Part shown: piece by piece, positions 18,965-27,647 of the stretch
Layout: every line of letters starts with the position of its first letter
How positions within the stretch are numbered: position 1 is the stretch's first letter
NCBI GenBank assembly: GCA_963749655.1
Contig: CAVVOB010000030.1
Span: 32,001 to 96,000 of the forward strand
Direction: 5' to 3'
Origin: Nitrospirota bacterium
Lineage (GTDB): Bacteria > Nitrospirota > UBA9217
DNA: 64,000 bases
Program-made: the position numbers and the translations under genes
Notes under the pieces: generated by a model
Told to the model about the DNA's origin: nothing
Database searches by the model: none
Seen by the model: the letters and a program-made list of their open reading frames with translations, nothing else

Positions 18965-21166
18965 ATGTCGAAATTAATTGCCACCGGGGCCATTCTGGGC
19001 TCCCACTACTATGTCAAGCAGGCCGAGGCCCTCGTGGAGAAGGCCATTTCCGAGAAAGGCGCGGATTTCAAGTTCGAATTCCCCGACACGGCCTATTTCC
19101 TGCCGCAGATGTTCGCCATGACGGGATTCGAGGTCCATACCCTCGGGGACATGAAGACGGCGCTCGAAAAAAACGTGAAGCCCCTTCTCACGGAAGCCCC
19201 TGACGACCATCTGTACAAGCCCTACCTGGGCGAGGCGCTGGACGCCGGCATGGCGGCGCTCTTTGCCCAGGAAATGATCATGGCCATCCGGTATATCTAC
19301 GGCCAGGAACCGGTGAAGGACGATTCGCTCGGACTGACCTACAACGGGTTCATCTCCGACACGATCCTCCGAAACCTGGGCGTGCAGCTCGTGGACGGCT
19401 CCATGCCGGGCTACGTCGTCATCATCGGCGCGGCGGACAGCGACGAGCAGGCCTTCGAGATCGCCCGAGATCTCCAGCAGAAAAATATTCTCACGTTCCT
19501 GTGCGGCAACGTGAACGGGGAAAGCTGCACCAAGCAGCTCCTCCGCAAAGGCGTGCAGCTCGGCTGGGACACGCGCCTGGTGCCGCTCGGACCGGAAGTC
19601 GAGCATGCCATCTACGCCCTGAACTGGGCCGCCCGCGCGGGCATCACCTTCGGCGGTATGAAGGGCGGGGACTTCAAGCGTATCCTCAAGTACTCCAAGG
19701 ACAAGGTGTTCGCCTTTGCCATGGTGCTGGGCCCCCTGAACGACCGGATCTGGACCACGGGCGCAGGCGCGATCAACATGGGATTCCCGGCCATCGCGAA
19801 CACGGACATTCCGACCATCCATCCCACGGGCGTCACGATCTACGAAGAAGTTGCCAAGGAGCTCGACCCGAAGAACCTGGTGCAAAAGTGCATCGAGGTG
19901 CGCGGTCTCAAGATCACCGTTTCCAAACCTCCGATTCCGGTGGCCTACGGCCCGGCCTTCGAGGGAGAGCGCATCCGCAAGGAAGACATGCACATCGAGA
20001 TGGGCGGTCAGCGGACGCCGGCCTTCGAATGGCTCCATACCGTCGACCTGTCCGCAGTCGAGGACGGCAAGGTGACGATCGTGGGCACGGATGCCGAAGC
20101 CCGCTACAAGAAGGGCGGCCAGATGCCTCTCGGCGTCTATGTCGAGGTTGCCGGCCGCAAGATGCAGAAGGACTTCGAGCCGGTGCTGGAGCGCAAGATC
20201 CACCACTTCATCAACGAGGCGCAGGGCATCTGGCACATGGGCCAGCGCGACCAGAACTGGTTCCGCGTCAGCAAGGCGGCCCTGGGCGAGGGATTCGAGC
20301 TCCGGCACTTCGGCGACATCCTGGCGACCCAGCTCAAGCACAAGTTCAATAACATCGTGGACAAAGTCCAGGTCGTCCTGTACGTCGATGATGCCGATGT
20401 GAAGGCAAAGCTCGATGAGGCGCGCAAGGCCTATCTCGAGCGCGACGTGCGCCTTGCTTCGATGACCGACGAATCGGTGGACACGTTCTATTCCTGCATC
20501 CTCTGCCAGAGCTTCGCACCGAACCACGTCTGCGTGGTCTCGCCCGAGCGGCTCGGGTTGTGCGGCGCTTACAACTGGCTCGATGCCAAGGCCGCCTACG
20601 AGATCGATCCGAACGGCGCGAACCAGCCGGTGGCCAAGGGCGAAGTCCTCGACACGGTCAAGGGCCGCTGGAAAGGCGTCGACGAGTACGTGTACACGAA
20701 CTCGCACCAGGCGCTCGAATACTTCAACGCCTATTCCATCATGGACGCGCCGATGACCTCCTGCGGCTGCTTCGAATGCATCGTGGCCATCGTGCCCGAG
20801 GCGAACGGCGTGATGATCGTGAACCGCGGCTTTACGGGCATGACCCCCATCGGCATGAAGTTCTCCACCCTTGCGGGCACCGTGGGCGGCGGCGCGCAGA
20901 CCCCGGGCTTCATGGGCATCGGGCGGTTCTTCCTTACCAGTAAAAAATTCCTTTCCGCCGAAGGCGGGTTCAAGCGCATTGTCTGGATGACCAAGAACCT
21001 GAAGGAGTCCTTTGCCGAGGCCTTCAAGCAGCGGGCCGAGGAAGAGGGCATTCCCGATCTTATCGACAAGATCGCCGACGAGACGGTGGCGGAAGATTCG
21101 GACAAGCTGATGGCGTTTCTCACCGAGAAGGGGCATCCGGCCCTCACCATGGACCCGATGTTCTAG
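18965..21166 (+). CDS. acsB: Acetyl-CoA synthase (bacterial type)
   Basis: FPDTAYFLP, AFEGERIR, FYSCILCQSFAPNHVC..PERLGLCGA, PMTSCGCFEC, GGGAQTPGF. Confidence 0.97.
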   Translation: MSKLIATGAILGSHYYVKQAEALVEKAISEKGADFKFEFPDTAYFLPQMFAMTGFEVHTLGDMKTALEKNVKPLLTEAPDDHLYKPYLGEALDAGMAALFAQEMIMAIRYIYGQEPVKDDSLGLTYNGFISDTILRNLGVQLVDGSMPGYVVIIGAADSDEQAFEIARDLQQKNILTFLCGNVNGESCTKQLLRKGVQLGWDTRLVPLGPEVEHAIYALNWAARAGITFGGMKGGDFKRILKYSKDKVFAFAMVLGPLNDRIWTTGAGAINMGFPAIANTDIPTIHPTGVTIYEEVAKELDPKNLVQKCIEVRGLKITVSKPPIPVAYGPAFEGERIRKEDMHIEMGGQRTPAFEWLHTVDLSAVEDGKVTIVGTDAEARYKKGGQMPLGVYVEVAGRKMQKDFEPVLERKIHHFINEAQGIWHMGQRDQNWFRVSKAALGEGFELRHFGDILATQLKHKFNNIVDKVQVVLYVDDADVKAKLDEARKAYLERDVRLASMTDESVDTFYSCILCQSFAPNHVCVVSPERLGLCGAYNWLDAKAAYEIDPNGANQPVAKGEVLDTVKGRWKGVDEYVYTNSHQALEYFNAYSIMDAPMTSCGCFECIVAIVPEANGVMIVNRGFTGMTPIGMKFSTLAGTVGGGAQTPGFMGIGRFFLTSKKFLSAEGGFKRIVWMTKNLKESFAEAFKQRAEEEGIPDLIDKIADETVAEDSDKLMAFLTEKGHPALTMDPMF

Positions 21167-21191
21167 AAACAGCGGAAGCGGCAGGAAGTAC

Positions 21192-21430
21192 GCACCGGGC
21201 GGAGGGAACAGCCTGTCGGCTGAAGCGGACAGGATTTCCCGCACCGCCCGGCGCAACGATCTTTTGAAAGAGATGAAGCAATGCTGAGCACCGGCATGGT
21301 AATCATGCAATGATATTGTCGCGCAGGCCGAGAGCGTGCCGAGAGGCACACACCAGACCCACGACCAGGAAGGTTTCAAGACCGGGCTGCCGAAAAAACT
21401 GAGGCGGCCTTTCCTGTCTTAAGAGGACGG
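21192..21430 (+). other. Structured intergenic region upstream of the formate dehydrogenase operon (candidate cis-regulatory RNA)
   Basis: Long hairpin ccgggcgg..gggaa..cctgtc..gacagg..ttccc..ccgcccgg (21195-21251); GNRA hairpin gtgccGAGAggcac (21336-21349); caggaagg/cctttcctg stem enclosing ggctgcc/ggcggcc. Confidence 0.4.
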
Positions 21431-21434
21431 AGCA

Positions 21435-21917
21435 ATGGAAGATAAACTGGAAGGAATCATCACGCGGTATCAGGAGAACGAAGGCAATCTGATCTCGATC
21501 CTTCAGGACATCGAGAGCGAGTTCGGCTATCTGCGCGAGGACGCCATCAACTGGGTCTCGGAGCGGCTCGATGTTCCGCCGGCGAAGTTTTTCGGCATCG
21601 CCACGTTTTACGCCCAGTTCCACCTGAAGCCCAAGGGCAAGAACGTGATCACCGCATGCTGCGGCACCGCGTGCCACGTCAAGGGCTCCGAACGGCTGAT
21701 CAACAGCCTGGTCAAGGAGCTGGCCATTCCCAACGGCGAGGACACGTCGGAAGACCTCAACTTCACCGTGGAAAAGGTCAACTGCGTGGGCGCCTGCAGC
21801 ATCGCGCCGGTCATCATCATCAATAAAACCGTGCACGGCAAGATGACGCCGGACAAGCTTATGAAAGAGACGAAGACCCTCAAGGAGGGGAAGAAGGAGT
21901 ATACGGATTACATTTAA
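21435..21917 (+). CDS. NuoE/HydC-like [2Fe-2S] subunit
   Basis: LISILQDIE..FGYL, ATFYAQF, CCGTACHVKG, VNCVGACSIAP. Confidence 0.93.
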   Translation: MEDKLEGIITRYQENEGNLISILQDIESEFGYLREDAINWVSERLDVPPAKFFGIATFYAQFHLKPKGKNVITACCGTACHVKGSERLINSLVKELAIPNGEDTSEDLNFTVEKVNCVGACSIAPVIIINKTVHGKMTPDKLMKETKTLKEGKKEYTDYI

Positions 21918-21919
21918 GG

Positions 21920-22038
21920 CGTGAAACGGGCAACGTAAAACGTAAAACGTGAAACGGGTAACGTCAAGCGTGAGATGTAAGATCTTGTACCTTTCCCCTT
22001 TCACGTTTTGTCTAACCTTTCACGTCTGACGTTTCACG
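21920..22038. repeat. Inverted heptamer arms CGTGAAA / TTTCACG
   Basis: cgtgaaa cgggcaa cgtaaaa cgtaaaa cgtgaaa cgggtaa cgtcaag cgtgaga tgtaaga ... tttcccc tttcacg .. tttcacg tctgacg tttcacg. Confidence 0.92.
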
Positions 22039-22054
22039 CATTTTTGGGGTGACC

Positions 22055-23833
22055 ATGAGTAAGGACGTTTCAATAAAAATCTGCATGGGAACAGGCGGCA
22101 TTGCCGCGGGCGGCGAAGCGGTGATGTCCTTGTTTACCAAGACGCTTGCCTCCGCCGGCGTCAAGGCATCGGTGGAGAGAAACTGCTCGGTCCACAAAGT
22201 GGGGTGCCGCGGCTTCTGCGCCCGCGACGTGCTCGTGGACGTAATTGTCGACGGCGTCAAGTCGACCTATCAATACATCAAGCCGGACATGGTCGAGCGG
22301 ATCGTGCAGGAGCACATCCTCGGGGAAACGCCCGTGGGCGATTGGCTCGTCAAGGACGATTATCATACGTTTCATGACAAGCAGATCAAGGTCGTTCTGT
22401 CCGACTGCGGTGAGGTGGACCCCGAGGACATCAACTCCTATATCGGCCGCGGCGGGTATGAGGCGGCAAAGACGGTGCTCACCTCGATGGCCCCCCAGGG
22501 CGTCATCGACATCATCAAGGCGTCGGGTCTTCGCGGCCGCGGCGGCGCCGGTTTCCCCACGGGGACCAAATGGGACATGGCGATCAAGGCTCCGGGGCCC
22601 GCCAAATATCTGATCTGCAATGCCGACGAAGGCGACCCGGGCGCCTTCATGGACCGCTCTGTCGTCGAGGGCAATCCGCACGCTGTGCTCGAAGGCATGA
22701 TCATCGGCGCCTACGCCATCGGAGCGCCCTACGGCTACGTGTACATCCGGGCGGAGTACCCCCTTGCCGTTGAACGCCTCCACCTCGCGATCAAGCAGGC
22801 AAAGGAGCAGGGGTACCTCGGCAAGAACATCCTCGGCAAGGGCTTCGATTTCAATATCAAAGTGAAACTCGGCGCAGGCGCCTTCGTGTGCGGCGAAGAA
22901 ACCGCGCTGATCGCCTCCATCGAAGGCAAACGGGGACAGCCGCGCGCCAAGCCGCCCTTCCCGGTCCAGAAGGGGCTGTGGGGCAAGCCGACCATCATCA
23001 ACAACGTCGAGACCCTCGCCAACGTACCGTACATCATCCGCAGGGGCGCGGAGTGGTATGCAGGCATGGGCACCGAGAAGAGCAAGGGGACCAAAGTTTT
23101 CGCGCTGACAGGCAAGATACAGAACTCGGGCCTGATCGAAGTGCCGATGGGCATCCCGCTCAAAGAGGTCATCTACGATATCGGCGGCGGCATCGAAGGC
23201 GGAAGGAAACTCAAGGCCGTCCAGACCGGCGGTCCTTCCGGCGGATGCATTCCTGCGAGCATCGTGGAAACCACGCTCGACTATGAGTCCCTGGGCAAGG
23301 TCGGTTCGATCATGGGCTCCGGCGGCATGGTGGTCCTGGATGAGACGGACTGCATGGTAAACGTCGCCAAGTACTTCCTCCAGTTCACGCAGTCGGAGTC
23401 CTGCGGGAAGTGCGTGCCCTGCCGCGTGGGCACCAAGCGGCTTCTCGAGATCCTGACCCGGATCACCGAGGGCAGGGGCAGGGAGGACGATATCGAGCTC
23501 CTGGAGAGTCTGAGCAGCGACGTGAAGACGTCGTCCCTCTGCGGCCTCGGCCAGAGCGCGCCCAACCCGGTCCTCTCCACGATCAAGTATTATCGCGACG
23601 AGTACGAGGCACATATTTTCGAGAAGCGCTGTCCCGCAGGCGTGTGCAAGGACCTCCTCTCCTACAGCATCGTCGAGCAGTTCTGCAAAGGCTGCACCGC
23701 CTGCACCCGGGTCTGTCCGGCCGGCGCGATCATCGGCGAGAAGAAGAAGCCGCACAAGATCGTCCAGGACATCTGCATCAAGTGCGGGGCCTGCTTTGAG
23801 ACCTGCAAGTTCAAGGCGATTAAAAAAGGCTGA
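22055..23833 (+). CDS. NuoF/HydB-like FMN/NAD(H)-binding subunit with N-terminal [2Fe-2S] and C-terminal 2x[4Fe-4S]
   Basis: SGLRGRGGAGFPTG, CNADEGDPGAFMDR, GAGAFVCGEETAL, ESCGKCVPCRVG, CKGCTACTRVCP, CIKCGACFETC. Confidence 0.95.
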   Translation: MSKDVSIKICMGTGGIAAGGEAVMSLFTKTLASAGVKASVERNCSVHKVGCRGFCARDVLVDVIVDGVKSTYQYIKPDMVERIVQEHILGETPVGDWLVKDDYHTFHDKQIKVVLSDCGEVDPEDINSYIGRGGYEAAKTVLTSMAPQGVIDIIKASGLRGRGGAGFPTGTKWDMAIKAPGPAKYLICNADEGDPGAFMDRSVVEGNPHAVLEGMIIGAYAIGAPYGYVYIRAEYPLAVERLHLAIKQAKEQGYLGKNILGKGFDFNIKVKLGAGAFVCGEETALIASIEGKRGQPRAKPPFPVQKGLWGKPTIINNVETLANVPYIIRRGAEWYAGMGTEKSKGTKVFALTGKIQNSGLIEVPMGIPLKEVIYDIGGGIEGGRKLKAVQTGGPSGGCIPASIVETTLDYESLGKVGSIMGSGGMVVLDETDCMVNVAKYFLQFTQSESCGKCVPCRVGTKRLLEILTRITEGRGREDDIELLESLSSDVKTSSLCGLGQSAPNPVLSTIKYYRDEYEAHIFEKRCPAGVCKDLLSYSIVEQFCKGCTACTRVCPAGAIIGEKKKPHKIVQDICIKCGACFETCKFKAIKKG

Positions 23834-23839
23834 TCGAAC

Positions 23840-23874
23840 CGTCAGGAGTCAGGAGTGAGGAGTCAGGAGTCAGG
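23840..23874. repeat. Left heptamer arm (AGTCAGG x5) flanking the four-helix-bundle gene
   Basis: cgtcagg agtcagg agtgagg agtcagg agtcagg. Confidence 0.92.
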
Positions 23875-23883
23875 TGAAAAGGA

Positions 23884-24249
23884 ATGGACAAGCCACACAA
23901 AAAATTGAATGTGTGGAAGTCGGCCATTGAGCTTGTACTCGAAATATACCAGCTTACTCAGTTGTTTCCGGGAGAAGAAAAATATGGTCTCGCCAGCCAG
24001 ATGAAACGGGCCGCCGTCAGCGTGGCTAGCAACATAGCGGAGGGCGCAGCGAGAAAGACAAAGAAGGAATTTATTCAATATCTGCACATGGCACAAGGTT
24101 CAATCAGTGAATTGGATACGCAGCTTGAAATAACAAAACAACTTAAGTACGTACCAGTAGACAGGGTGTCTGCGGTAGATGTGTTGATGGAGAAAACAGA
24201 CAAAATGCTGAGCGGATTAATTAAACATCAGCAATCTCCTCACTCCTGA
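23884..24249 (+). CDS. Four-helix-bundle protein (23S rRNA IVS protein / bAvd-like family)
   Basis: HKKLNVWKSA, FPGEEKYGLASQMKRAAVSVASNIAEG, EFIQYLHMAQGSISELDTQL; visibly more AT-rich than neighbours. Confidence 0.92.
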   Translation: MDKPHKKLNVWKSAIELVLEIYQLTQLFPGEEKYGLASQMKRAAVSVASNIAEGAARKTKKEFIQYLHMAQGSISELDTQLEITKQLKYVPVDRVSAVDVLMEKTDKMLSGLIKHQQSPHS

Positions 24250-24265
24250 CACCTTACTCCTTACT
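24238..24265. repeat. Right inverted heptamer arm flanking the four-helix-bundle gene
   Basis: cctcact cctgaca ccttact ccttact; contains the gene's TGA stop. Confidence 0.9.
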
Positions 24266-24288
24266 AAACGAACGAATGCGGAGTAAAG

Positions 24289-26961
24289 ATGGCTAACCTC
24301 ACTATAAATGGAAAACAAATAACGGTACCTGACGGCACCACGGTACTCGACGCCGCGCGCCGGAACGACATTTACATCCCGACGCTCTGCGACGACCCGC
24401 GGCTCGAGCCCTACGGCGGCTGCAGGCTCTGCCTCGTTCAGATCAAGGGCATGCCCCGTCCGGTCACGGCCTGCACCACGCCGGTCACCGAGGCCATGGA
24501 AGTGGAGACCTCGAACGCGCAGATCGAGCGGCAACGGCGCACGATCGTGGAGCTTCTGCTCTCCGACCACCCGAACGACTGCATGGTGTGCGAGCGGGCC
24601 GGCGACTGCACGCTCCAGGAGCTTGCTTACTTCCACGAAATCCGCACGAACCGCTTTGCCGGTGAGCGCCGGACCTATGCCAAAAAGGACGCGAATCCCT
24701 TCATCGAACGGGACATGGAAAAATGCATCCTCTGCGGCAAGTGCGTGCGGGTGTGCGAGGAGATCCAGGGCGTTGCCGCAATCGACATCGCGAACCGCGG
24801 ATTTACGGCAAAAGTTGCCACGGCCTTCGAGAAGGACCTGAACTGCGAGTTCTGCGGCCAGTGCGTTTCCGTCTGCCCCACCGGCGCGCTGATGGGCAAG
24901 GAGTCGCTGGGCAAGGGCAGGCAGAAGGACGTGAAGCAGGTGGAGACCGTGTGCTCCTACTGCGGCTGCGGCTGCAACCTGACGCTCCACGTGAGCAGGA
25001 ACGAAGTGGTGCGCGTCACGTCGCGCCCCGACACGGTGAACGAGGGCTGGCTCTGCGTCAAGGGCCGCTTCGGATTCAGTTTCATCAACAGCCCCGACAG
25101 GCTCACGACGCCGCTCATCAGGAAGGACGGCAAGCTCGTTCCCGCCTCGTGGGACGAGGCGTTCGGGTACATCGTCGACAAACTCACCGCCATCAAGGCG
25201 AAGCACGGCCCCGACGCCATTGGCGGCCTCTCCTCGGCCCGGTGCACGAACGAGGAAAACTACCTGTTCCAGAAATTCATCCGCGCGGGGATCGGCACGA
25301 ACAACGTCGATCACTGCGCGCGCCTCTGACACAGCTCGACTGTGGCCGGTCTGGCCACCGTATTCGGCTCCGGGGCAATGACGAACTCGATCGCCGAGAT
25401 CGAGAACAATGACGCGCTGTTCGTCATCGGCTCGAACACCAAGGAAAGCCATCCCATCATCGCGCTCCGCATGATCAAGGCAAAGCGCAAGGGCGCCAGG
25501 ATCATCGTTGCCGATCCGCGGCGGGTGCCGATGGTGCGCTTCGCCGACATCTGGCTGCAGCACCGCCCGGGCACCGACGTCGCGCTCCTGAACGGCATGA
25601 TGCACGTGATCGTGAAGGAAGGCCTTGTCAAGAAAGACTTCATCGAAGCCATGACCGAAGGATTCGACGACGCATTCCGAAAGAACCTCGAAACCTACAC
25701 GCCCGAGGCAGCGTCGAAGATCACCGGCGTTCCAGCGGACCTGATCGTGAAGGCGGCCCGCATGTACGGCAGTGCCGAGCGGGCGGGCATCTATTACACC
25801 ATGGGCATCACCCAGCACGCCCACGGCACGGAGAACGTGTTTTCCATCGCCAACCTGGCCCTCATGACCGGAAACCTCGGCAAGGAGAGCGCAGGCGTCA
25901 ACCCGCTTCGCGGACAGAACAATGTCCAGGGCTCGACGGACATGGGCTGCGTGCCGAACAACTATCCCGGCTATCAGCGCGTCACCATCCCGGCGATCCG
26001 GGAGAAGTTCGAGGCCCTCTGGAAGGTGAAACTCTCGGACAAGGAAGGCATGACCGCTACGGAGATGATCCCGGCCGCGGAGAAGGGCTCTCTGAAGGCG
26101 CTGTATATCATGGGTGAGAACCCCGTGGTCTCGGACCCCAACTGCGCTCACACCGTGAAGGCGCTCAAAACGCTCGAGCTTCTGGTGGTCCAGGACATCT
26201 TCATGACCGAAACGGCGGAGCTGGCGCACGTTGTCCTGCCCGGCTCATCCTTCGCCGAGAAGGTCGGAACGTTCACGAACACCGAGCGCCGCGTCCAGCG
26301 GGTGAGAAGGGCGGTCAACTCGCCCGGGCTTGCCATGAAAGACTCGCTCATTATCATGGAGCTGTCGAAGCGCATGGGCTATGAAATGAACTACTCGCAC
26401 ACCGTCGAGGTCTTCCGCGAGATCGGCCAGGCCTGGCCTGCTCTTGCCGGCATGAGCTACGCGCGGCTCGAGGACGGGGGGCTGCAGTGGCCCTGCCCCA
26501 CGCACGATCATCCGGGCACGCAGTTCCTGTTCAAGGGCGGGTTCCCGCGCGGGAAGGGGCGTTTCTCGCTCGTTACGTTCAAACCGTCCCATGAGGAGAC
26601 GGACAGCGAGTATCCGTTCCTCCTGACCACCGGACGGACGCTCTTCCAGTATCACACCGGCACCATGACCAGGCGCGTCAAGGCGATCAACACGATATCG
26701 CCCGAGGCCTTCATCGAGATCAATCCCGAGGACGCAAAGGCCCTTGCCGTCCGGGAGGGCTCGAGCGTGAAGGTCAGCTCGCGGCGCGGTGCGATCACGC
26801 TCAAGGTCATGGTGTCCAAGCGGCCCGCGAAAGGCGTCGTGTTCATCCCCTTCCATTTCAAGGAAGCGGCGGCCAATGCGCTCACGAGCGCCAAGGCCCT
26901 TGATCCGATCGCAAAAATTCCGGCCTTTAAAGTATCGGCAGTAAGAATCGAACAGGCATGA
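24289..26961 (+). CDS. fdhF: Selenocysteine-containing formate dehydrogenase alpha subunit with NuoG-like Fe-S N-terminus (890 aa, Sec at TGA 25327-25329)
   Basis: Two in-frame ORFs joined by one TGA, giving NVDHCARL-U-HSSTVAGL (FdhF active-site motif); CSYCGCGC..LCVKG, PLRGQNNVQG, GTFTNTERR. Confidence 0.95.
25342..25358 (+). promoter_or_regulatory. Bacterial SECIS element
   Basis: Hairpin GTGGCC-GGTCT-GGCCAC 12 nt after UGA; loop resembles the E. coli fdhF SECIS (GGUCU). Confidence 0.85.
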
Positions 26962-26963
26962 CC

Positions 26964-27070
26964 CGGGAGACGTGAGACGTTAAACGTGAAACGGGAGACG
27001 GGAGAAACAATGCCCGTTGAACTAAAGATGAGTAAGAGGTTCATTTTCGTTTCACCTCTCACCTTGCACA
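26964..27070. repeat. Inverted heptamer arms CG(T/G)GAGA / TCTCACC
   Basis: cgggaga cgtgaga cgttaaa cgtgaaa cgggaga cgggaga ... tttcacc tctcacc ttgcaca. Confidence 0.85.
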
Positions 27071-27084
27071 CCGAGGAGGACCGC

Positions 27085-27543
27085 ATGGCCGACAAGTTGG
27101 AACTCAAGCAGCAGATTCTCTTCAGCGAACTGACGGACGCAGAGCTTGGCATGATCGCTCAGAAGGTCGTAGTCGAGAACTACCGCAAGGGGCAGCCGAT
27201 CTTCAGGGAAGGCGAACCCACAAAGGGAATCTATTTGCTCAAGGCCGGCAAGGTCGAGATCTCGAAGAACACCGCAGACGGATGGAAGCAGACCCTCGCG
27301 ATCCTCGTGGAAAATCATATCTTCGGCGAGCTTTCGGTCATCGAAGACAAGCCGAAGCACGGCGCAGACGCCACGGCCATTGAAAACACCGATGTGTACC
27401 GCATCAAGACCGAGGACTTCAAGGCCTTCGAAAAAAGCGACGCGGCCATGATGTACAAGATCATGAAGACCATCGCCCGCATTGCCAGCAAGAACGTGCA
27501 CTCCATGAACGAAAAGCTGATGAAGCTCCTGATCAGCTACTGA
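27085..27543 (+). CDS. Stand-alone cyclic-nucleotide-binding (Crp-type) domain protein without HTH
   Basis: LFSELT, IFREGEP, YLLKAGKVEI, IFGELSVI; GAGGAG RBS; 152 aa. Confidence 0.85.
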   Translation: MADKLELKQQILFSELTDAELGMIAQKVVVENYRKGQPIFREGEPTKGIYLLKAGKVEISKNTADGWKQTLAILVENHIFGELSVIEDKPKHGADATAIENTDVYRIKTEDFKAFEKSDAAMMYKIMKTIARIASKNVHSMNEKLMKLLISY

Positions 27544-27548
27544 GAAGC

Positions 27549-27609
27549 CGTGAAATGTGAGGAGTAAGGCGAGAGGTCGTTTTAATCTCCTTACTCCTAA
27601 CACCTTACT
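27549..27609. repeat. Inverted heptamer arms AGTAAGG / CCTTACT
   Basis: cgtgaaa tgtgagg agtaagg cgagagg ... ccttact cctaaca ccttact. Confidence 0.85.
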
Positions 27610-27647
27610 ACTACTGAATTTTACTTTTCGAAAAGGGAGGTAGACGA

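Noticed and set aside
16621-21379. Long antisense ORFs (704 aa and 801 aa; likewise 57516-60674, 44800-46674, 24217-26229)
   Set aside because: Shadow frames opposite well-supported high-GC genes, with no recognisable motifs.
23884-24249. Diversity-generating retroelement suggested by the Avd-like protein
   Set aside because: No reverse transcriptase and no TR/VR pair differing at adenines seen in the window.
25327-25329. Nonsense mutation splitting fdhF
   Set aside because: The TGA is at the catalytic Sec/Cys position and is followed by a SECIS hairpin.
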